Shown: positions 18,751 through 28,623 of the stretch, one piece after another
How positions within the stretch are numbered: the stretch's first letter is position 1
Layout: each line of letters starts with the position of its first letter
From: an uncultured Verrucomicrobiae bacterium
GTDB taxonomy: Bacteria > Verrucomicrobiota > Verrucomicrobiia > Chthoniobacterales > JAFAMB01
DNA length: 64,000 bases
Reading direction: 5' to 3'
Assembly (NCBI GenBank): GCA_963837955.1
Contig: CAWIPH010000002.1
Location: forward strand, 1,024,001-1,088,000
Position numbers and translations under genes: made by a program
The notes under the pieces: model-generated
Databases searched by the model: none
Told to the model about the DNA's origin: nothing
The model's input: the letters and a program-made list of their open reading frames with translations, nothing else

Positions 18751-19821
18751 CTAAGTATTAGGTGGTTTGGGAAAACTTTTCAACTGCTCGCGGACAGTGT
18801 CGGCTCGGAGATGGTCTCTTTCTTCAGCCGCCAGCTTCTGTTGCGAGGCGTGCTGCAGATGCGCTGGCTGGGTATCCAGCAAAAGTTGGTTAATGATTCT
18901 GCGGCCCGGTTCCGGAAAGAAGCCGAGATCGATGCCCAGCCGAAGAACCGAGAGCAAATTCAGAGCTTCCTTGGAGGAAATCGAATAGGAGTAGTTCAGT
19001 ATTCCGTAAGCACGTCCCACCTGATCCATCAGCATCGTGCGGCGGGTGTCGAGCAGGTTTGTACGAGCCTGATTCTCCCGTTGGATCAGAGTTTCGATCA
19101 CCTTGTTTAATCGTTCGATGATTTGGTCCTCCTTCTCACCCAGCGTGGTCTGGTTAGAGACTTGGAAAAGGTTACCCATCGCCTCGGTACCTTCTCCATA
19201 CAGCCCGCGCACCGCCAAACCAATTTTGTTTACCGAATTTACCACCTGATTGATCTGCTCGCTCAAGACCAACCCGGGAAGATGAACCATGGCGGAAGCA
19301 CGCATCCCGGTTCCGACGTTGGTGGGGCACGCTGTCAGATACCCTAGGGCTTCATCAAACGCAAAGTCGAGTTGGTTCTCGAGTATCGTGTCGACCCCGT
19401 CGATCAGTTGGAAAGTCTGCTGCAGATCGAACCCGCACGTGATCGCTTGCATGCGCAGATGGTCTTCTTCGTTGACCATGATGCTCAAAGTTTGCGCCGG
19501 ATTGATGACCACCGCACTGCCCATCCCTTTCGCCGCGTGTTCGCGACTGATGAGATGTCTCTCCACCAACACCTGCTTCTCAGTAGCGGAAAGTTCGTTC
19601 AGCTGCGGCGAAAAGGAATTACTCATCTCAGGCAACACCTCGACTTCCGGCTTAATCTCTTCGAGTATCCGGATTCGTTCTGATTTCTTGGCCCAACCAG
19701 GAAAAGGCAATTTCGCAAGATTGCGAGCCAACCGCACCCGGCTGCTGATAACGATTGGGTGGAGATCCCCGCCGGACGATAGCCATTCTCCCGGAGTTGC
19801 CAATAAGCCTTCAATTTTCAT
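18751..19821 (-). CDS. mcsB: Protein-arginine kinase McsB
   Basis: SSRVRLARN, NEEDHLR and CPTNVGTGMRAS. Confidence 0.96.
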   Translation of the reverse strand: MKIEGLLATPGEWLSSGGDLHPIVISSRVRLARNLAKLPFPGWAKKSERIRILEEIKPEVEVLPEMSNSFSPQLNELSATEKQVLVERHLISREHAAKGMGSAVVINPAQTLSIMVNEEDHLRMQAITCGFDLQQTFQLIDGVDTILENQLDFAFDEALGYLTACPTNVGTGMRASAMVHLPGLVLSEQINQVVNSVNKIGLAVRGLYGEGTEAMGNLFQVSNQTTLGEKEDQIIERLNKVIETLIQRENQARTNLLDTRRTMLMDQVGRAYGILNYSYSISSKEALNLLSVLRLGIDLGFFPEPGRRIINQLLLDTQPAHLQHASQQKLAAEERDHLRADTVREQLKSFPKPPNT

Positions 19822-19828
19822 ACAACAC

Positions 19829-20317
19829 TCAATTCCTGTCGCTTTCCAGTTGTCGGATCTCATCTCGCAGATTAGCAGCCGTCTCGTAGTCCTCATTAGA
19901 GACGGCCTCATCGAGATTTCGCCGCAACTCATTTAGGCGATCGGTCCGAGCGAGAATACGAGAATAACGGGTCGGTACTTTGCCGGTATGCTGCGTACCC
20001 TTATGCATCGCCTTAATCAAAGAAGCGAGTACCTCATTGAATGTTTCGTAGCAATCGCTGCACCCAAGTCGGCCAGTTTTCTTAAAATCCGTCTGGGTAA
20101 ATCCACACACGGGACAATGTTCGGTTGGCGGCGATTGCTCAACCTGCTGCGTTTCGCCCATTCCGAGCAAAAGATCAGCCAATGCAAAGCCGGTTGGATC
20201 TGAGACGCCCTTCTCTTTGGAACACGACTCGCAGAGATTGATCTTCTTCATGTTTCCATCGACGATCTGGGTCAGGTATACCGTCGCCGGATTTGTTTTG
20301 CAGACGTCGCAAATCAT
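19829..20317 (-). CDS. mcsA: McsA (CxxC pairs + UVR domain)
   Basis: Four CxxC motifs; GRLGCSDCY; EDYETAANLRDEI. Confidence 0.95.
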   Translation of the reverse strand: MICDVCKTNPATVYLTQIVDGNMKKINLCESCSKEKGVSDPTGFALADLLLGMGETQQVEQSPPTEHCPVCGFTQTDFKKTGRLGCSDCYETFNEVLASLIKAMHKGTQHTGKVPTRYSRILARTDRLNELRRNLDEAVSNEDYETAANLRDEIRQLESDRN

Positions 20318-20474
20318 GCCTCTAACCTCCCTCTAATCGGAAAATTTACCGAAACTTGAAATGTTCTTTTGCTTCCCACCTTATTTTCGCTCGTTTAATG
20401 CAGCTCCCCGGGCTAAACGATTTGTCTGGAACCCCTCCAAATTCTCCCCACGGCTAGACTGTAGTTGTTCGAGC

Positions 20475-21353
20475 TCATTGATAAATCGGCGTACCAGTTG
20501 TTTGTGTCAATCTACGGAAGTCTTCGATCAACTTCAAGGTGACTGGTCCTGGTTGTCCGTTCCCGATCGGTCGGCGATCTAACTCCACTGCCGGGATGAT
20601 CTCCGCGGCGGTCCCGGTAAGAAAACATTCGTCCGCCGTAATTACGTCGTAGCGGGTGAGCTCTCGCTCCTCGACGACGAACCCATTTTTTTGGGCTAGC
20701 TCGAAGGCCACGTTGCGAGTCACACCTTCGAGAATTCCCGCATTCACCGGTGGGGTATAAAGTCGCCCGCGCTTGATGATGAATAGGTTATCACCGGTAC
20801 ATTCCGCCACGTATCCTTGCTCATTAAGCATAAGGCCTTCGGCAGCACCGGCTTGCTGGGCTTCGATTTTTGCCAGCACGTTATTGAGGTAGTTCAATGA
20901 TTTGACACGCGGGCTTAGTGCTGCCGGAGCAGTGCGACGCGTTGCGCAGGTCGCCATATTCAGTCCCTTTTGATAAAGAGCCGCCGGATAAAGCGCGATG
21001 GTGGAAGCGATAATCACAATGCTTGGACGGCGACAGGAGTCGGGACTTAAACCAAGCGTTCCCACACCACGTGTCACTAACAGGCGGATGTAACCATCCT
21101 GGAGGTCGTTCTGCCGGATCGTCTCCAATGTCGCAGCAGTCAGTTCCGATGCTGACATCGGTATCTCCAGAGCGATCCCTTTAGCCGAATCCCAAAGCCG
21201 GGCGACGTGCTCTTCCAGCCGGAAAACCCGGCCCCGGTAAAAACGAATTCCTTCGAAGATGCCGTCTCCATACAGCAAGCCGTGGTCAAATACGGAAATC
21301 TTAGCCTCCGACTCTGGGTAGAAATTTCCGTCGATGTAGATTTTCAGATTCAT
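20475..21353 (-). CDS. ilvE: Branched-chain amino acid aminotransferase
   Basis: DHGLLYGDGIFEG, KSLNY and FLTGTAAE. Confidence 0.95.
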   Translation of the reverse strand: MNLKIYIDGNFYPESEAKISVFDHGLLYGDGIFEGIRFYRGRVFRLEEHVARLWDSAKGIALEIPMSASELTAATLETIRQNDLQDGYIRLLVTRGVGTLGLSPDSCRRPSIVIIASTIALYPAALYQKGLNMATCATRRTAPAALSPRVKSLNYLNNVLAKIEAQQAGAAEGLMLNEQGYVAECTGDNLFIIKRGRLYTPPVNAGILEGVTRNVAFELAQKNGFVVEERELTRYDVITADECFLTGTAAEIIPAVELDRRPIGNGQPGPVTLKLIEDFRRLTQTTGTPIYQ

Positions 21354-21397
21354 AGGTTCGGGAGGGTATGGATGATGAATGGAGTAAAAGTTTTCAT

Positions 21398-22063
21398 CTA
21401 ATGGACGAGGAGACCGTCCAACATATCGACCTGACGGTTTCCCAGCTTGGCGAGCCTCGCATCGTGGGTAACGACAACTAAAGTCTTTTGCTGTTCCCGC
21501 ACCAATTCCAGAAGAAGAGTCATGATGGCGTCGCCGTTAGTCGTATCGAGGTTGCCGGTCGGCTCATCGGCGAAGATAATCGCCGGATCATTTACCAGAG
21601 CCCGGGCGATGGCCACTCGTTGTTGTTCTCCACCCGAGAGCTCGCTCGGCAGATGCTGCATCCGGCCACCCAGACCCACTCTTTCCAAATAGCCTTTCGC
21701 TAAGTCTTCGCGCTGCCGGTGCCGAATGAGCGACGGCAACAGAGTGTTTTCGAGCGCGGTTAACTCAGGTAGCAGAAAATAGCTCTGGAAAACAAAGCCC
21801 ATTCGCGTATTCCGGATTCTCGCATCTTCCGCCGAGCTCCGGCTATACAATTTGTGACCTTCGAAAACGACTTCCCCAGCTTCCGGTCTTTCCAGTCCCG
21901 CCAAGGTATACAATAGGGTCGTTTTACCGGCTCCGGAAACACCGCAAAGGAAAAGCGCCTCTCCCGCCTGCACATCGAGATTGATTCCGCGCAGAACCTC
22001 GACCTTGCGTGACCCAATCCGAAAGGAACGACGAATATCGCGTGCGCTTAGCTGAGCGGTCAT
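21398..22063 (-). CDS. ABC transporter ATP-binding protein (LolD-like)
   Basis: GVSGAGKT, LSGGEQQRVAIARA and DEPTGNLD. Confidence 0.93.
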   Translation of the reverse strand: MTAQLSARDIRRSFRIGSRKVEVLRGINLDVQAGEALFLCGVSGAGKTTLLYTLAGLERPEAGEVVFEGHKLYSRSSAEDARIRNTRMGFVFQSYFLLPELTALENTLLPSLIRHRQREDLAKGYLERVGLGGRMQHLPSELSGGEQQRVAIARALVNDPAIIFADEPTGNLDTTNGDAIMTLLLELVREQQKTLVVVTHDARLAKLGNRQVDMLDGLLVH

Positions 22064-22065
22064 TT

Positions 22066-22524
22066 TCAAGTAGACGTAGAAAGTTGGCGAACGCCTTCAA
22101 ATAGCACGATCGCGACCGCTGTGGCCAGGTTCAAGCTTCGAGCACCTGCGACCATGGGGATGGTGTAGCAATCGGCGGTCCGTTCAGCCAACAAACTTTC
22201 CGGCAGGCCCTTCGTTTCACGGCCAAAAATCAAATTATCGCCCCGAACGAAGTCGATCTCCCAATAAGGGCGCGGAGACTTCGTGGAGAAGAACAGAGAA
22301 CGCCGAGAAGCCGGAGGCATCCGCTCAAATTCACCTAGGTTTTCCCACAGCATAACATCCACTTCCCGCCAATAATCCATTCCCGCACGACGCAACTGGC
22401 GATCGTCTAGAGTGAATCCGAACGGCTTAACGAGGTGAAGCCGGCAACCGGTCGCCAGAGCGAGTCGCGCGATATTTCCGGTATTAGGCGGAATTTCCGG
22501 TTCGACCAGTACAAGGTTAAACAT
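22066..22524 (-). CDS. trmL: tRNA (cytidine/uridine34-2'-O)-methyltransferase
   Basis: PEIPPNTGNIAR, RRAGMDYW, FGRETKGLP and RSLNL. Confidence 0.95.
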   Translation of the reverse strand: MFNLVLVEPEIPPNTGNIARLALATGCRLHLVKPFGFTLDDRQLRRAGMDYWREVDVMLWENLGEFERMPPASRRSLFFSTKSPRPYWEIDFVRGDNLIFGRETKGLPESLLAERTADCYTIPMVAGARSLNLATAVAIVLFEGVRQLSTST

Positions 22525-22536
22525 ATTCCAAAAAAC

Positions 22537-22569
22537 AAAAAAAGCGCCTCAAGGCTCGAGGCGCTTTTT
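22537..22569. terminator. Intrinsic terminator after rplU-rpmA
   Basis: AAAAAAAGCGCCTC-AAGGCTC-GAGGCGCTTTTT. Confidence 0.85.
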
Positions 22570-22598
22570 CCGTCGGGAGGGAATTTCGCTACCGGCTG

Positions 22599-22865
22599 CT
22601 AATTTGAGCTCACTTGCGCCTCAGTGGCATCAACATTTACGCGCCGACCCCTGCGATCGAAGCGTACGATGCCATTCACCAAAGCGAAGATGGTATAATC
22701 CCGACCAAGCCCTACATTGTGACCCGGCAAAAATTTTGTTCCGCGTTGACGGACAATAATATTACCCGCCAGAACCTGTTCGCTGCCAAACTTCTTCACG
22801 CCAAGGCGTTTACTGACGCTGTCGCGCCCGTTCTTAACGCTTCCTTGACCTTTCTTATGCGCCAT
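22599..22865 (-). CDS. rpmA: 50S ribosomal protein L27
   Basis: [16 protein letters not shown]. Confidence 0.98.
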   Translation of the reverse strand: MAHKKGQGSVKNGRDSVSKRLGVKKFGSEQVLAGNIIVRQRGTKFLPGHNVGLGRDYTIFALVNGIVRFDRRGRRVNVDATEAQVSSN

Positions 22866-22892
22866 AAAATGAGACCCCGATCAAATTTAGTC

Positions 22893-23207
22893 CTATAGAT
22901 CAATCGATTCAATCTTTACCCGAGTCAATTGCCGTCGATGCCCGACGGTCCGATGGTAACCTTTGCGGCGGCGAAATTTGAAAGCGATCACCTTTTTGTC
23001 TTTGAACTGTTCCAGGACTTCGCCGGAAACCTTGGCCCCTTGAATCAGTGGGGAGCCAGTCGTGAAACGATCGCCGTCACCGTGCAAAACCACCTCGCCA
23101 AAAGTAATCTTGTCGCCCGTCGCACCAGAGAGTTTTTCTACCGCAATGGTATCTCCCGGGCGAACCCGATACTGCTTACCTCCCGAACGAATGATTGCGT
23201 ATGCCAT
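22893..23207 (-). CDS. rplU: 50S ribosomal protein L21
   Basis: YAIIRSGGKQYRV and GHRRQLT. Confidence 0.98.
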   Translation of the reverse strand: MAYAIIRSGGKQYRVRPGDTIAVEKLSGATGDKITFGEVVLHGDGDRFTTGSPLIQGAKVSGEVLEQFKDKKVIAFKFRRRKGYHRTVGHRRQLTRVKIESIDL

Positions 23208-23282
23208 CGTGACCTTCTTAGAAAGGCGCGGAACATTTCACATTAGGCCGTGTTCCACAACTATTTTTTGAAGAAAAAAGGA

Positions 23283-23836
23283 CGAGGTAGCCTGATGCTC
23301 CAGCCTCAGGAAATGCACGTGCTGCTAGCATGAAGAACGGCAAATCAACGGCCAGCACACTTACGGCGCGGTGGGTCCCTTCGCGAGGTAGCCTGATGCT
23401 CCAGCCTCAGGGAGCGCTGGTGCTGCTGGCTCGAAGAACGGCAAATCGAAGGCCAAGACAGTTACAGAGCCGTGGGTCCCTTCGCGAGGTAGCCTGATGC
23501 TCCAGCCTCAGGAAACGCTGGTCTGCTAGCTCGAAGAACGGCAAACCGAAGGCCAGGACAGTTACAGAGCCGTGGGTCCCTTCGCGAGGTGGCCTGATGC
23601 TCCAGCCTCAGGAAGCGCTGGTGCTGCTAGCTCGAAGAACGGCAAATCGAAGGCCAAGACAGTTACAGAGCCGTGGGTCCCTTCGCGAGGTAGCCTGATG
23701 CTCCAGCCTCAGGAAGCGCTGGTGCTGCTAGCTCGAAGAACGGCAAATCGAAGGCCAAGACAGTTACAGAGCCGTGGGTCCCTGAGCCAGGAGGATCAGG
23801 CTACTCCTTCCCCCCGAGCCGGGAGCATCAGGCTAC
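23283..23836. repeat. Tandem array of five ~101-bp units, each starting with a family A REP arm, closed by two inverted arms
   Basis: Units start at 23283, 23384, 23485, 23585 and 23686; inverted arms at 23781-23804 and 23814-23836. Confidence 0.95.
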
Positions 23837-23843
23837 GCCTTCC

Positions 23844-24719
23844 TTAATAATCTCTCTGCAACAGGTGATCCGCCAACGCATGCAGAGTCTCAGCCTTTTT
23901 TCCGAAGGGTCGTAACGTCTCCCGGGCTTCTTGGGTAAGCCTTCTGGCGATTTTTCGGGAGCGTTCAAGCCCGACTACCGCCGGATATGTCGCCTTTTCG
24001 GCGGTTAAGTCTTTGCCGGCGCTCTTACCGAGTTTTTCGGTGGTCTGGGTGACATCCAGTATGTCGTCGATGACCTGAAAGGCTAAACCGAGAGCACGTC
24101 CGAAATCTGATAAATTCTGGAGCTGGCTTGGGGTGGCATTAGCGCTCATAGCACCCAACCGGATCGAGGAACGCAGCAGCGCCGCCGTCTTTGATTCATG
24201 GATGAATTTCAGAAGGGGAAGGGAGACCTTTTTTCCTTCACTCTCAAGATCGACGACCTGGCCCGCGATCAGATTGCGGCTCCCACAGGCTACGGCCAAC
24301 TCTCGGACGACATCTCGTATTGAATAACGAGGCCAGCCCGGGACTTGGGCGGCGACCTCGAAGGCGAAGGTGAGTAAGGCGTCGCCGGCGAGTACGGCGA
24401 TTCCTTCGCCAAACACCTTATGTGAGGTTGGTCGCCCTCGCCGAAAGTCATCATCGTCCATGCACGGCAGATCATCATGAATGAGCGAGTAGGTATGCAC
24501 GCATTCAACGGCGCAAGCCAGTGGTAGGGCGGATTGGCGGTCACCCCCGCAGCATTCGGCAGCGGCCAAGCAAAGAATCGGCCGCAGGCGCTTGCCACCG
24601 GCAAAGACGCTGTAGCGCATCGCCTTGTGGATTGTCTTCGGTTTGATGGATTCTCTTGGCAACAAAGCATCAAGCGTTTCGTCAACCAGATGCTGGCGGG
24701 AAGAAAGATACTCGTTCAT
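23844..24719 (-). CDS. ispA: Polyprenyl (farnesyl/geranylgeranyl) diphosphate synthase
   Basis: GGKRLRP, HDDLPCMDDDDFRRG and FQVIDDILD. Confidence 0.95.
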   Translation of the reverse strand: MNEYLSSRQHLVDETLDALLPRESIKPKTIHKAMRYSVFAGGKRLRPILCLAAAECCGGDRQSALPLACAVECVHTYSLIHDDLPCMDDDDFRRGRPTSHKVFGEGIAVLAGDALLTFAFEVAAQVPGWPRYSIRDVVRELAVACGSRNLIAGQVVDLESEGKKVSLPLLKFIHESKTAALLRSSIRLGAMSANATPSQLQNLSDFGRALGLAFQVIDDILDVTQTTEKLGKSAGKDLTAEKATYPAVVGLERSRKIARRLTQEARETLRPFGKKAETLHALADHLLQRDY

Positions 24720-24726
24720 GCAGCGA

Positions 24727-26355
24727 TCAACCCAGATAACGTTGGGCGATAGGCATACGCCAGCCGCTACCGAATGCCAAGCTGGTGACTTTTAATCCGG
24801 GCGCGGCCTGTCTCCGCTTGTATTCGTTGATATCGACTCTTCGCTGGATCCAGCGCACAACTTCCGGATCGAAGCCGCGTTGGATGATCTCGGCCGGGCT
24901 GCGCTGTTCTTCAACATAGAGCTGTAAAATAGCGTCCAGGGTGTCGTAAGGAGGCAAGGTGTCTTGATCGGTCTGATTTGGCTTCAGCTCGGCACTGGGC
25001 GGCTTGACGATCGAATTGGCGGGAATGACTTCTCGATGCCGATTAATCCAGCGTGCTAGTCGGTAAATCATCGTCTTTGGCACATCGCTGATGACCGCCA
25101 ACCCTCCACACATATCCCCATATATTGTGCAATAGCCAACGGCCAGCTCGCTCTTATTGCCAGTGGTCAACAGCAAATGTCCAAATTTGTTAGAGAGCGA
25201 CATCAGGATGAGACCGCGGAGCCGGGACTGCATATTCTCCTCAGTCGTATTTTCTTTTCGTCCGGCAAAAACCTCTTTGAATTGACTTTTTAGAACCTCA
25301 AACGGCTCTTTGATCGGGATGACGAGTCTTGCGATGCCGAGGTTCTTGGCGAGGCGATCCGCATCGTCAAGACTGCCGGCGGAGGAGTAAGAGCTTGGCA
25401 TCGAAACGCCGGCGACGTTATCTTTCCCCAGCGCCTCGACGGCGATGGCGGCCGTCACCGCGGAATCAATCCCGCCGCTTAAGCCGAGTACAGCACTGCG
25501 AAATCCGCATTTGGCAAAATAATCGCGTACGCCCAGTACCAGCGCTCTAAAGATTTCTTCTTCCGCTGACAGTTCAACCTCCGAGATCGCGGGCGTCTCG
25601 CTGTCGACAACGGCAATTTGTTCGGTAAAGGCGGCAAGGCAGGCTGTTGTGCGGCCCTGTTTATTGATCACAAACGAATTGCCGTCGAAGACCAGCTCAT
25701 CGTTTCCACCGACTGCATTGCAGTAAAAGAACGGGACACCGTACTGGGTAGCCAGCTCGCTGACCATGGCGCGTCGAAGCACCGGTTTACCGACGAAAAA
25801 AGGAGACGAACTGAGATTCAGAATGATCGAGGCGCCTGATTCGACGAGTCTTCTAACCGGGTCGGTGTGATACAAGTCGTGTCGGAGATACTTATCTGTC
25901 CAGATATCCTCGCAAATTGTGATCCCAATCTTTTGCCCAAGTAACTCGATCGGCTGCTGATCATCGGCCGGCTCGAAGTACCGCGCTTCATCAAACACAT
26001 CGTAGGTAGGAAGAAGCGTTTTGAAGATCTTCCGGATCGGGCGATTTTTCTCTAGCACTGCGCAGCTGTTAACGAAAGGTTTCCCCGACTTTTTTGGGTT
26101 AAAATCCACGTACCCAACTAGGAGCGGAACTGTGTCAACCGCCTCGTGTAATACGCGGAGTTGATCGAGAGTCTGGGGAACAAACCCCGATTTGAAGACG
26201 AGGTCTTGAGGAGGATAGCCCGTCAAAGCAAGTTCTGGCGTAATCACCAATTGGGCTCCCTGGCCAATTGCCTCCCGGTAGGCCGCAAGAATTTTTCGAG
26301 AGTTGGCCTCGATGTCTCCGACGATGGTATTGATCTGAGCAAAACCGACTCGCAT
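24727..26355 (-). CDS. nadE: Glutamine-dependent NAD+ synthetase
   Basis: Nitrilase domain (PEL, ICEDIW) plus SGGIDS, TGNKSE and PPSAEL. Confidence 0.96.
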   Translation of the reverse strand: MRVGFAQINTIVGDIEANSRKILAAYREAIGQGAQLVITPELALTGYPPQDLVFKSGFVPQTLDQLRVLHEAVDTVPLLVGYVDFNPKKSGKPFVNSCAVLEKNRPIRKIFKTLLPTYDVFDEARYFEPADDQQPIELLGQKIGITICEDIWTDKYLRHDLYHTDPVRRLVESGASIILNLSSSPFFVGKPVLRRAMVSELATQYGVPFFYCNAVGGNDELVFDGNSFVINKQGRTTACLAAFTEQIAVVDSETPAISEVELSAEEEIFRALVLGVRDYFAKCGFRSAVLGLSGGIDSAVTAAIAVEALGKDNVAGVSMPSSYSSAGSLDDADRLAKNLGIARLVIPIKEPFEVLKSQFKEVFAGRKENTTEENMQSRLRGLILMSLSNKFGHLLLTTGNKSELAVGYCTIYGDMCGGLAVISDVPKTMIYRLARWINRHREVIPANSIVKPPSAELKPNQTDQDTLPPYDTLDAILQLYVEEQRSPAEIIQRGFDPEVVRWIQRRVDINEYKRRQAAPGLKVTSLAFGSGWRMPIAQRYLG

Positions 26356-26500
26356 AGCTACCTATACTCTCAGAAACAGGACTACCTCCGTCAAGGCCCC
26401 GCGAATCCGAATTCAGGCGCCGATCGCCATGGCGAATGATCAGTGACAAATGACAGATGATACGAGCGGCGCCTGTGCTAAAACGGCCCGCGCCCCTGAT

Positions 26501-26551
26501 GGGTAGGGCGAAACACGCCATTGAGCGATAGCGAGAAAAGGCGTGTGAGCC
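26501..26551. repeat. Solitary REP family B arm
   Basis: GGGTAGGGCGAAACACGCC...GGCGTGTGAGCC. Confidence 0.6.
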
Positions 26552-26661
26552 AATCTTGAGTAGCTCGCCAATGATGCCGAGGCGGACTTGTCCTAGTTGC
26601 AGTCGGACCGCAGGCAGCAATTTGTGATTCCCAACTGGCTGCCCGTCATCACGAACTGGCT

Positions 26662-27390
26662 CTAGCTCCCAGAGTCTAAATTCTTATTGAGCTGGGCTAG
26701 CACCTCCGGGTCGCGTACATCCGCCCACTCGCCGATAATCTCGACAGCCTGTACGTGTTTTCCGGCCAAGCTCATTGCCCGGATCGCGTCAGTTAGCTCG
26801 TACTCACCGCGGGGCGATTTTTCCAGACGGGCGACATACTCAAAAATGGAGGCGCGAAAAACGTAGATCCCTGCGTTGTACCAAGGTGTTGCTGCTTCGT
26901 TTGGTTTGGGCTTTTCCCGCAAGTCGATCAATTCGAAGCGATCGTTGAGGTACACGGCACCACCCTTTGAAACATCGGTAGATCGCTTCACTGCCATCGA
27001 CATTTCGGCATCCTGAAGATCGCAGAGGCTAGGATAATAGGAAGGGTCGACCAGAATGTCTCCGTAGCTAAGCAGAAACGGATCCTTGCCGCAGAATGGC
27101 TCGGCCAACGCGACCACGCGTCCGGTGCCATCCTGAACGATCTGTTCCGCATATTGGATCTGCATTCCGAAGCCGGCGCCATTTTGGAAATGATCTCTAA
27201 CCACTTCCTTCCGATAGCCGACTACGATCAGGAGCTCTTGGATTCCCGCTCGACGCAAACCTTCCACGATGATCTGGAGGACCGGTTTCCCCCGGACCTT
27301 GACCATCGGTTTTGGAATCGACTCGGTCAGGTCCCGCATGCGCGTACCGCGACCAGCGGCTAGCACTACGGCTCGATGAATAGCGCTCAT
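26662..27390 (-). CDS. Sugar-phosphate nucleotidyltransferase
   Basis: LAAGRGTRM..T..IPKPM, EKP and SPRGEYELTD. Confidence 0.92.
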   Translation of the reverse strand: MSAIHRAVVLAAGRGTRMRDLTESIPKPMVKVRGKPVLQIIVEGLRRAGIQELLIVVGYRKEVVRDHFQNGAGFGMQIQYAEQIVQDGTGRVVALAEPFCGKDPFLLSYGDILVDPSYYPSLCDLQDAEMSMAVKRSTDVSKGGAVYLNDRFELIDLREKPKPNEAATPWYNAGIYVFRASIFEYVARLEKSPRGEYELTDAIRAMSLAGKHVQAVEIIGEWADVRDPEVLAQLNKNLDSGS

Positions 27391-27423
27391 TTGCGGCGTT
27401 GAAGGCTTGCGCAGTAGGCTTGG

Positions 27424-28623
27424 TCAACAAGTGCGAAGGAAGGTTTCGATTCGATCGGTCGCTTCGCGCAATTTTTCGAAGCTGGTAGCGAAACAGCAAC
27501 GCACAAATCCTTCGCCTGACATCCCGAAGGCATCTCCCGGCACCACCGCCACCTTTTGAGACTCCAACAAAGCCAAAGAAAACTGTTTACTTGTCAGGCC
27601 GGTTTTTCCGATGTGCGGAAAAACGTAGAATGTGCCCTTCGGAGAATGGCAAGGCAGGCCCATCTCGTTGAACCGAGTGACCACAAAATTGCGGCGCCGT
27701 TCGTAGTCCGAACGCATTGCGGCAACCTCCTTTGTACAATTCTCGAGCGCCTCGATAGCAGCCTCCTGGGATAGCACCGATGCGCACATAATAGCGTATT
27801 GGTGTATTTTCATCATCGCTTCAATGATGGGTGCTGGAGCACAGGCGTAGCCTACCCGGAATCCGGTCATCGCAAACGATTTGGAGCAACCGTTCAGGAG
27901 GATGGTTCGTTCCTTCATGCCCGGTAAAGACGCGATCGAGACGTGTCTGGTGCCGTCATAGACGATCTCGCTGTAGATTTCATCGGACAAAACCAGCAGG
28001 TCGTGCTGGAGGCACAAATCAGCAATCGAACGCAGGTCCTCTAGCAACATGACTCCGCCGGTAGGATTAGTCGGAAAGCTCAAGAGCAGCGCCTTCGTAC
28101 GCGGCGTGATCTTCGCTTCCAGCTTTTCCGGTAACAAACGAAAATCGTGCTCAGCGTCGGTTTGGACTGAGATCGCTCGTCCTCCGACTAGTGCGATGCT
28201 TGGATTGTAGGAGACGTAGCTCGGCTCGTGAAATATGACTTCGTCTCCAGGATTGATGATCGCTCGAAGAGCCAGGTCAAGCGCTTCAGAGACGCCCACC
28301 GAGACCAACACTTCTTTTGGCGCATCATAAGTAATGCCGAATTTCGAAAGATATTGGGTAATCGCGGTGCGGAGCCTAGGTAAACCTAGATTGGAGGTGT
28401 ACCCCGTCTTCCCTTTTTCCATCGCGAAAATCGCCGCCTCCCGGATCCGCCAGGGTGTCACGAAATCAGGCTCGCCGATTCCCAGCGAGATGACGTCCGT
28501 CATCGACTGAACCACTTCAAAGAAATCTCGAATTCCCGACTTGGGTATAGTGAGAACGTGAGCTGCAATGAAGCGGCGCGAATCCGAGTCGGATTTGTCG
28601 CGAGCTTGTCGAGAAGTATTCAT
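27424..28623 (-). CDS. PLP-dependent aminotransferase class I/II
   Basis: LGIGEPDF, NPTG, DEIY and SKSFAMTGFRVG. Confidence 0.95.
   Translation of the reverse strand: MNTSRQARDKSDSDSRRFIAAHVLTIPKSGIRDFFEVVQSMTDVISLGIGEPDFVTPWRIREAAIFAMEKGKTGYTSNLGLPRLRTAITQYLSKFGITYDAPKEVLVSVGVSEALDLALRAIINPGDEVIFHEPSYVSYNPSIALVGGRAISVQTDAEHDFRLLPEKLEAKITPRTKALLLSFPTNPTGGVMLLEDLRSIADLCLQHDLLVLSDEIYSEIVYDGTRHVSIASLPGMKERTILLNGCSKSFAMTGFRVGYACAPAPIIEAMMKIHQYAIMCASVLSQEAAIEALENCTKEVAAMRSDYERRRNFVVTRFNEMGLPCHSPKGTFYVFPHIGKTGLTSKQFSLALLESQKVAVVPGDAFGMSGEGFVRCCFATSFEKLREATDRIETFLRTC

Noticed and set aside
16252..20317. mcsA-mcsB-clpC without ctsR as a novel system
   Set aside because: This arrangement is already known in PVC-group bacteria such as Chlamydia
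23283..23836. CRISPR array
   Set aside because: Inter-repeat segments are near-identical (~75 bp) rather than unique spacers; no cas genes; the repeat is a REP arm dispersed elsewhere in the window
23572..23847. 91-aa ORF inside the tandem array
   Set aside because: The 101-bp period cycles through frames; apparent synonymous changes between units occur on both strands, so coding is unsupported
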